A DNA stretch of 64,000 nt from a virus, in IMG/VR virus record IMGVR_UViG_3300033066_000693, positions 192,001-256,000 of that record; one strand, written 5' to 3'. Positions 58,329-64,000 of the stretch are shown one piece after another. Positions within the stretch are counted from its first letter, which is position 1, and each line of letters starts with the position of its first letter. The translations under genes were made by a program, and so were the position numbers. The notes beneath the pieces are model-generated. The model had not been told where the DNA came from. It searched no databases and worked only from the letters and a program-made list of their open reading frames with translations.

Positions 58329-58733
58329 TTATCTCCTCATCATTTCAACAATCAATGATACTTGAGTAAGCGAAGCAGGAGTAGTGCCTGAATCAACAAC
58401 AAACTCGATTATATCACCGGCGTTGACTTGAGTATTCCATCCTCGTAAATTTGCGTCTTCGTATGATTGAGCAGAAGTTAGAGTAGGTTTACTTGAAGCG
58501 CATATTGATGTTGTCGTTGGAAAACCTTTGTAGGTACTTTTCTTAATATCTAACGCTATCGTACCTGCTTGATCTGCAAGCAGAGTTACTTTAGTAATAA
58601 TTCCAGCAGCAGGCAACCTCGTATAGCCTTTAGATCCAGTTGTAATAACACCACCGCCTCCTATTGTAATACCAAAGGTTTCAAGGTTTGTAGCAGGATT
58701 AGGTTGAGCAATGCCATAAAAACCCTGTTCCAT
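58329..58733 (-). CDS. Small structural protein (134 aa)
   Basis: Operon ORF between the beta-helix gene and the fibre gene. Confidence 0.45.
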   Translation of the reverse strand: MEQGFYGIAQPNPATNLETFGITIGGGGVITTGSKGYTRLPAAGIITKVTLLADQAGTIALDIKKSTYKGFPTTTSICASSKPTLTSAQSYEDANLRGWNTQVNAGDIIEFVVDSGTTPASLTQVSLIVEMMRR

Positions 58734-58736
58734 AAT

Positions 58737-59144
58737 TTAATAGTCTCCTGCAAAAGCTTGAGCTATCCATGTTTCAGCACTGTTTCTAACAGAAAAAGTA
58801 AACACAAGACTATGACCATTGCCTACAACGTATGGAGTTATATTTGGTCGCCACACGGCTGTCGCTGCCTGAACTGTATTGCTTGGAGTTGTTGCTGTAA
58901 CAGAGACTTCGCCTACCAAGTAGTATGTTGTTGAAACAAGATAAAACACACGAATAATAGCATTTGCACTTTGGGCATTTGCTACAAATGAAATTCCATC
59001 AACTCTTGTTCCATTTGTTCCACCTGTAACAACTGTAGCCTTGTTAGTCGGGGCGCTTGTACCCATGCCTGTATCTGCTGCCGCCAAAGAAACTGGCGTA
59101 AACTGAGGCGTAAGCGTAAAAATTGGATTCGTATTTGCTGGCAT
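58737..59144 (-). CDS. Small structural protein (135 aa)
   Basis: Operon ORF; T/S/A-rich. Confidence 0.45.
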   Translation of the reverse strand: MPANTNPIFTLTPQFTPVSLAAADTGMGTSAPTNKATVVTGGTNGTRVDGISFVANAQSANAIIRVFYLVSTTYYLVGEVSVTATTPSNTVQAATAVWRPNITPYVVGNGHSLVFTFSVRNSAETWIAQAFAGDY

Positions 59145-59191
59145 TTTTATCTCCCTATAATCATGTTAAACATCGGATATCATAAGCAATA

Positions 59192-62100
59192 TTATGAAAA
59201 TGCTCCATATGCGAATACCGCAGAAGAAGGATTTCCCCATCCAGAATAACCTGAGAAACCGCTGTAAGCAGAGTAGCCGCTGCGACCGCTGTACGCCGAA
59301 TAACCGCTGTAGCCTGAGTAAGCTGAGTAGCCTGAGTAGCCTGAGAATCCACTATATCCGCTGAAAGCAGAATATCCTGATCTACCACTATAGCCTGAAT
59401 TGCCTGCTCTTGCAAAACTGGCTATAATTGGATCATTATTAGCAAATGTTCCATTAGATACTATATGAGTTACTGTTAGACCTGATGCACTTCCTGCTGT
59501 TGGATCTTGATAGAGCGTAGTAGATAGGCTGTAATCAACAAAAATACTAGAGTCATTTCTCTTTACAAGTCTAAGTATGCCGCACGGATTGTTGTTAGAG
59601 GATTGTAGAGATAACATCCAAGTAGATATATCAACAGTGTCGCCGTTGGTTGAATCCATCCAAAGCAGAGTTACAGCAGATGGCGTAGCTGAGTTACCAA
59701 ACGAAAGCTTGCCAACACCCGGATTATCAGTAAGAGAAGTATTAAACAAGAATGGTTGACTATCCCCACCAAACATTCCAGAATAACCGCTCTTCCCAGA
59801 ATATCCTGAGAAGCCGCTCGGACCTGAGTAGCCGCTAAAGCCTGATGTTCCTGAGAAAGCTGAGTAACCTGAGAAAGCGGAGTAACCGCTGAAACCTGAG
59901 ATACCAGAGTAAGCAGAATAGCCGCTAAAGCCAGAAGGACCGCTGTATCCTGAGAAACCGCTTGGTCCTGAGTAACCACTAAAGCCAGAGATACCGCTGT
60001 ACGCTGAGTAACCACTGAAGCCGCTTATACCGCTATAAGCAGAGTAACCACTAAAGCCCGAGGGACCGCTATATCCTGAGAAGCCACTCGGTCCTGAATA
60101 TCCGCTAAAGCCGCTGGGGCCGGAGTATCCAGAGAAAGCAGAGTAGCCGCTGAAACCGCTGTAAGCAGAATATCCGCTGCGACCGCTATAGCCGCTGAAG
60201 CCACTAGGCCCTGAATATCCACTGAATCCTGAAGGGCCGCTATATCCGCTGAAGCCAGACATACCGCTATAGGCGGAGTAGCCACTAAAACCGCTTATAC
60301 CAGAGTAAGCAGAGTATCCTGAGAAGCCGCTTGGTCCTGAGTAGCCGCTGAAGCCCGAAGGTCCACTATAACCTGAAAAACCAGAAACTCCAATGTATCC
60401 TGAGAAGCCACTATAAGCAGAGTAGCCACTGCGTCCGCTATAAGCTGAGTACCCTGAGAAGCCGCTCGAACCTGAATAACCTGAATACCCAGACCAACCT
60501 GCTCTTGTAAAAGTTAGAATTACTGGATCATTATTTGCAAAAGCAGAACCTCCGCTAGCAACATAATTAACTTCATAACCGATTTCGGTTCCTGCCCCAA
60601 AAGAAATAGTATCTGAAACTATCTTAAAATCTACAAACTTGGCTGAATTATTTCTGGCAACAATTCTAACAAATCCATATGGATTTGCATTGTTAGCAAT
60701 CAATTGACTTTGCCAAGCACTTGTGCTTATAGAATCTGAATTAAGATCATCTATCCACAAAACGCTTGCTAAAGAATAGGTTGCATTATCAATGCTTAGA
60801 TGCATTGAAGATGCAGAACCAATAGCTGTATCAAACAAGAACGGTTGACTATCCCCGCCAAACATTCCAGAATAACCACTCTTCCCAGAATATCCTGAGA
60901 AGCCGCTCGGACCTGAATATCCTGAGAAGCCGCTCGGACCTGAGTAGCCTGAGAAGCCGCTCGGTCCTGAGTAGCCAGAGAATCCACTTATACCGCTATA
61001 AGCAGAGTAGCCGCTAAATCCCGATGGTCCGCTATATCCTGAGAAACCACTTGGTCCTGAGTAGCCGCTAAAGCCGGAAGGCCCTGAATATCCGCTAAAG
61101 CCTGAAGCTCCAATATAGCCGCTGAAGCCGCTTATGCCGCTGTAAGCTGAGTATCCTGAGAAGCCGCTCGGACCTGAGTAACCGCTGAAGCCTGATGTTC
61201 CAGAGTAAGCAGAGTAACCACTTCTACCGCTGTATCCGCTGAACGCTGAATAGCCGCTAAAGCCGCTTATTCCATACAAGTTTGTTACATAAGCAATTCT
61301 GCTTGATGTTGTACCCAAGATTTCTTGCACCTGACTAGCAGACGACCAATCAACTCTTAGTCCTTCTCCGCCTGTGTTATTATAATGCTCAATAACAATT
61401 GGATACCACTCGTTTGCAGTAAGAGCTATGGTATTTGTAGCGTTCCAAGTAGTTTGAGACTGATCAACCCAGTTGTTGATAACTAGAGTTCCATTGATCC
61501 AAATCCTACAACCGTCATCAGAGCTTTCATAGAAAGTGTATGTTTCCGTAAAGGCCGGTCTAATCCATCCAGTTATTCTTCCACTATATGCTGTTGTCTG
61601 TCCATTAGGACTCTTAGTTGTCCAGTTGATCGTGGACACAAGCTCTGTCAATATAACTCTGCCATTCAGAGAACCAACTTGAGCAGTATCATCAAACCAT
61701 ACGGCATTAAGAGAGCCTGTATTGTAAGTAAGAGCAGGAGTTCCAGAATATCCAGAGAAAGCAGAGTAACCGCTTCTGCCACTGTATCCTGAGAAACCGC
61801 TATAAGCCGAGTAGCCGCTGAAGCCCGAGTAAGCCGAGTAGCCGCTGAAGCCTGATGTTCCGCTATAAGCAGAGTATCCTGAGAAGCCAGAAGGCCCTGA
61901 ATATCCGCTGAAGCCAGAGGGGCCGCTGTACCCTGAGAAACCGCTTGGTCCTGAATAGCCTGAGAAACCTGAGAAACCTGAGACACCAGAGTAAGCTGAG
62001 TAACCACTAAAGCCTGAGGCTCCTTGAGTTCCTATGTATCCTGAGAAGCCTGAGATACCGCTATAAGCAGAGTAGCCAGAGAAGCCAGAAATACCACTAT

Positions 62101-64000
62101 AAGCAGAATAGCCGCTCTTCCCAGAGAAGCCTGAATAGCCTGAAAAGCCAGAGCGAGCAGTTCTAGATATAGATACAATTATGTCGCTATCTGTAGTGAA
62201 TAGAGATACAGCATGATCACTTGCATCAACAAGAGAGCAAGGGATCTTAGTGACAGTATGCCCATCAATAACAACTGATGTTACTGGAACGTCTATTCCA
62301 AACAACGCATAAATAGAAGAATCATATCTATCCATTATCTTAAGAAAAGCTATTGGATAAACTGTATTTATGTCATCAAAACTAGATACCCAATCCGGAT
62401 ACCCGCCTATATTCAAAATAATGTTAAAAGCATCATCAGCTATATCAGTATTTCCGTCCGCTCCGTCTATAAAACATAACCCTAAACCAGTAGCTTCTAC
62501 TTGAGCAACAGAAGACTTATAAATAAATTGCTGACTCTCTCCGCCTTCCGCCCCTACATGACCGCTATAGCCTGATTTTCCTGAATATCCACTAAAGGAA
62601 GAATAGCCACTAAAACCTGATGTTCCTAGGTATCCTGAGAAGCCGCTGTAGGCTGAATAGCCACTAAAGCCAGAAGGACCGCTATATCCTGAGAAGCCGC
62701 TTATACCGCTGTAGGCAGAGTAACCACTAAATCCTGATGTTCCAGAATAAGCAGAATATCCTGAGAAGCCGCTTATGCCACTGTAAGCTGAGTATCCGCT
62801 AAAGCCGCTTGGTCCTGAGTATCCACTGAAGCCCGAGGGTCCGCTGTAGCCACTAAAACCGCTTGGCCCTGAATAGCCGCTAAAGCCGCTATAAGCTGAG
62901 TAACCACTTCGACCGCTATAAGCTGAGTATCCTGAGAAACCGCTTATGCCTGAGTAAGCTGAGTATCCTGAGAAACCGCTAGGCCCTGAGTAGCCGCTAA
63001 AGCCTGAGATGCCAGAGTAAGCAGAATATCCGCTGAAGCCTGATATTCCAGAGTAAGCGGAATAACCGCTGAAGCCGCTTGGTCCGCTATATCCTGAGAA
63101 ACCGCTTGGCCCTGAGTATCCTGAGAAGCCGCTATAAGCTGAGTAACCAGAGAAGCCGCTTATACCAGAGTAAGCAGAATAGCCTGAGAAACCAGAAGGA
63201 CCGCTATAACCGCTAAAACCCGAGGGTCCGCTGTATCCTGAGAAAGCTGAATAGCCAGAGAAGCCTGAGGTTCCTGAGTAAGCTGAGTATCCGCTGAAGC
63301 CACTCGGTCCTGAATAGCCTGAGAAACCACTCGGTCCTGAATAGCCTGAGAAGGCTGAGTAGCCGCTAAAGCCCGAAGGTCCGCTGTAGCCGCTAAAGCC
63401 TGACGTACCGCTATAAGCTGAGTATCCTGAGAAGCCTGAAGCACCTTGTGTTCCTATGTAACCGCTGAAGCCACTTATGCCTGAGTAGCCACTTCGACCG
63501 CTATAAGCTGAGTATCCTGAGAAGCCGCTTATGCCACTGTAAGCTGAGTATCCGCTGAAGCCAGACGAACCGCTGTAAGCAGAGTAACCGCTATCTCCTG
63601 CTCTAACAAAGCTAATAGCAACTCGATCCCCAAAGGCGAATATTGGAGAACCTATTGAAGTTCCACCAATAAAAGTAACTTCAACTCCATAAACGGTATA
63701 ACTTCCACCGCCGGGATTGAATGTAAAGCCTGCCGGTCCTGTTATCTGATAATCTGCATACAAGCTTGGATCTTCGTTTCTAAAAATCCTCAAGCTTCCA
63801 TGCGGAATATTAGTTGAGTCATCAAATGTATCTAGCCACCATTGATATACGCAAGAAGTATTGAATCCTAGGGTAAGCGCATCAGAAGGGTTAAGAGTTT
63901 CAAACCCTAAAGCATCAACATAGCAAAATCCTATGTTATTTCCTGCTACGCCAGAAGCTCCGTCTTCTTGTTCGAACTCGAAACTATCTCCGCCAAACGA
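59192..64000 (-). CDS. Collagen-like (Gly-X-Ser)n fibre, over 1600 aa, N-terminus lies beyond the window end; contains a PA14 domain and repeated globular interruptions
   Basis: The frame stays open from the track start (TTG at 63793) to position 64000, and the upstream translation (...WWLDTFDDSTNIPHGSLRIFRNEDPSLYADYQITG...) continues the same domain family found inside the protein. The track therefore truncates the N-terminus. Confidence 0.8.
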   Translation of the reverse strand, partial: SFGGDSFEFEQEDGASGVAGNNIGFCYVDALGFETLNPSDALTLGFNTSCVYQWWLDTFDDSTNIPHGSLRIFRNEDPSLYADYQITGPAGFTFNPGGGSYTVYGVEVTFIGGTSIGSPIFAFGDRVAISFVRAGDSGYSAYSGSSGFSGYSAYSGISGFSGYSAYSGRSGYSGISGFSGYIGTQGASGFSGYSAYSGTSGFSGYSGPSGFSGYSAFSGYSGPSGFSGYSGPSGFSGYSAYSGTSGFSGYSAFSGYSGPSGFSGYSGPSGFSGYSAYSGISGFSGYSAYSGFSGYSGPSGFSGYSGPSGFSGYSAYSGISGFSGYSAYSGISGFSGYSGPSGFSGYSAYSGISGFSGYSAYSGRSGYSAYSGFSGYSGPSGFSGYSGPSGFSGYSGPSGFSGYSAYSGISGFSGYSAYSGTSGFSGYSAYSGISGFSGYSGPSGFSGYSAYSGFSGYLGTSGFSGYSSFSGYSGKSGYSGHVGAEGGESQQFIYKSSVAQVEATGLGLCFIDGADGNTDIADDAFNIILNIGGYPDWVSSFDDINTVYPIAFLKIMDRYDSSIYALFGIDVPVTSVVIDGHTVTKIPCSLVDASDHAVSLFTTDSDIIVSISRTARSGFSGYSGFSGKSGYSAYSGISGFSGYSAYSGISGFSGYIGTQGASGFSGYSAYSGVSGFSGFSGYSGPSGFSGYSGPSGFSGYSGPSGFSGYSAYSGTSGFSGYSAYSGFSGYSAYSGFSGYSGRSGYSAFSGYSGTPALTYNTGSLNAVWFDDTAQVGSLNGRVILTELVSTINWTTKSPNGQTTAYSGRITGWIRPAFTETYTFYESSDDGCRIWINGTLVINNWVDQSQTTWNATNTIALTANEWYPIVIEHYNNTGGEGLRVDWSSASQVQEILGTTSSRIAYVTNLYGISGFSGYSAFSGYSGRSGYSAYSGTSGFSGYSGPSGFSGYSAYSGISGFSGYIGASGFSGYSGPSGFSGYSGPSGFSGYSGPSGFSGYSAYSGISGFSGYSGPSGFSGYSGPSGFSGYSGPSGFSGYSGKSGYSGMFGGDSQPFLFDTAIGSASSMHLSIDNATYSLASVLWIDDLNSDSISTSAWQSQLIANNANPYGFVRIVARNNSAKFVDFKIVSDTISFGAGTEIGYEVNYVASGGSAFANNDPVILTFTRAGWSGYSGYSGSSGFSGYSAYSGRSGYSAYSGFSGYIGVSGFSGYSGPSGFSGYSGPSGFSGYSAYSGISGFSGYSAYSGMSGFSGYSGPSGFSGYSGPSGFSGYSGRSGYSAYSGFSGYSAFSGYSGPSGFSGYSGPSGFSGYSGPSGFSGYSAYSGISGFSGYSAYSGISGFSGYSGPSGFSGYSGPSGFSGYSAYSGISGFSGYSAFSGYSAFSGTSGFSGYSGPSGFSGYSGKSGYSGMFGGDSQPFLFNTSLTDNPGVGKLSFGNSATPSAVTLLWMDSTNGDTVDISTWMLSLQSSNNNPCGILRLVKRNDSSIFVDYSLSTTLYQDPTAGSASGLTVTHIVSNGTFANNDPIIASFARAGNSGYSGRSGYSAFSGYSGFSGYSGYSAYSGYSGYSAYSGRSGYSAYSGFSGYSGWGNPSSAVFAYGAFS
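61250..61600 (-). other. PA14 carbohydrate-binding domain inside the fibre
   Basis: SGRITGWIRPAFTETYTFYESSDDGCRIWINGTLVINNWVDQSQTTWNATNTIALTANEWYPIVIEHYNNTGGEGLRVDW matches the PA14 consensus (G.i.ap.sG.YtF...sDDg.rl.idG..vid.W...L.aG..Y.i.iey.e..G.a.l.l.W). Confidence 0.6.

Noticed and set aside
108-63444. All plus-strand ORFs in the track (for example 108-437, 6948-7421, 16422-16904, 20972-21625, 30162-30854, 35072-35668, 43569-43898, 47511-47984).
   Set aside because: Each lies antisense to a long, motif-supported minus-strand gene, has odd composition and no Shine-Dalgarno sequence; the operon is uniformly minus-strand.
38930-63600. Possible CRISPR array suggested by highly regular short nucleotide repeats.
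   Set aside because: The repeats are 9-27-nt coding units of (Gly-X-Ser)n without unique spacers of constant length, and they sit inside long ORFs with strong codon periodicity.

Overview
The window is a contiguous block of a large tailed-phage (Caudoviricetes-like) genome in which every credible gene lies on the minus strand. GC looks low-40s % by eye; I did not compute it. Read in the direction of transcription (high to low coordinates) it contains: (1) three collagen-like fibre genes built from (Gly-X-Ser)n triplets (GFS/GYS/GPS, with AYS interruptions) interspersed with globular domains, one of which is a PA14-like carbohydrate-binding domain and one C1q/TNF-like, plus a beta-helix tailspike-like gene. 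(2) A dense sugar-modification cassette: RmlB, an RmlD-like reductase, RmlA, a GT2 fused to half of a GT9 with the other GT9 half in the next overlapping ORF, a sulfotransferase, and a 2062-aa single polypeptide carrying about nine catalytic domains (four GT2, two GT17-like, three SAM-methyltransferase folds). (3) Virion and structural genes, PhoH, an orphan DNA methyltransferase, two free-standing LAGLIDADG homing endonucleases and an MreB/actin-like ATPase. (4) A tail module: a major-tail-protein candidate, G/GT-type chaperones with an A9 -1 frameshift site, a duplicated chaperone paralog, a 4-TM membrane protein, an intrinsic terminator, a 900-aa Gly-rich tape measure protein, and four consecutive proteins over 1100 aa, the last running off the window start and missing from the ORF track. 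Two further GT4 glycosyltransferases sit inside the tail module. The candidate novel system is a phage-encoded post-translational modification machinery (deoxyhexose glycosylation plus O-methylation plus sulfation) aimed at the Ser/Tyr-rich collagen-like fibres, analogous to rml-dependent glycosylation of Bacillus BclA or Mimivirus fibrils. All plus-strand ORFs in the track look like antisense or frame artefacts. All functional calls rest on motif recognition by eye; no database search was run.
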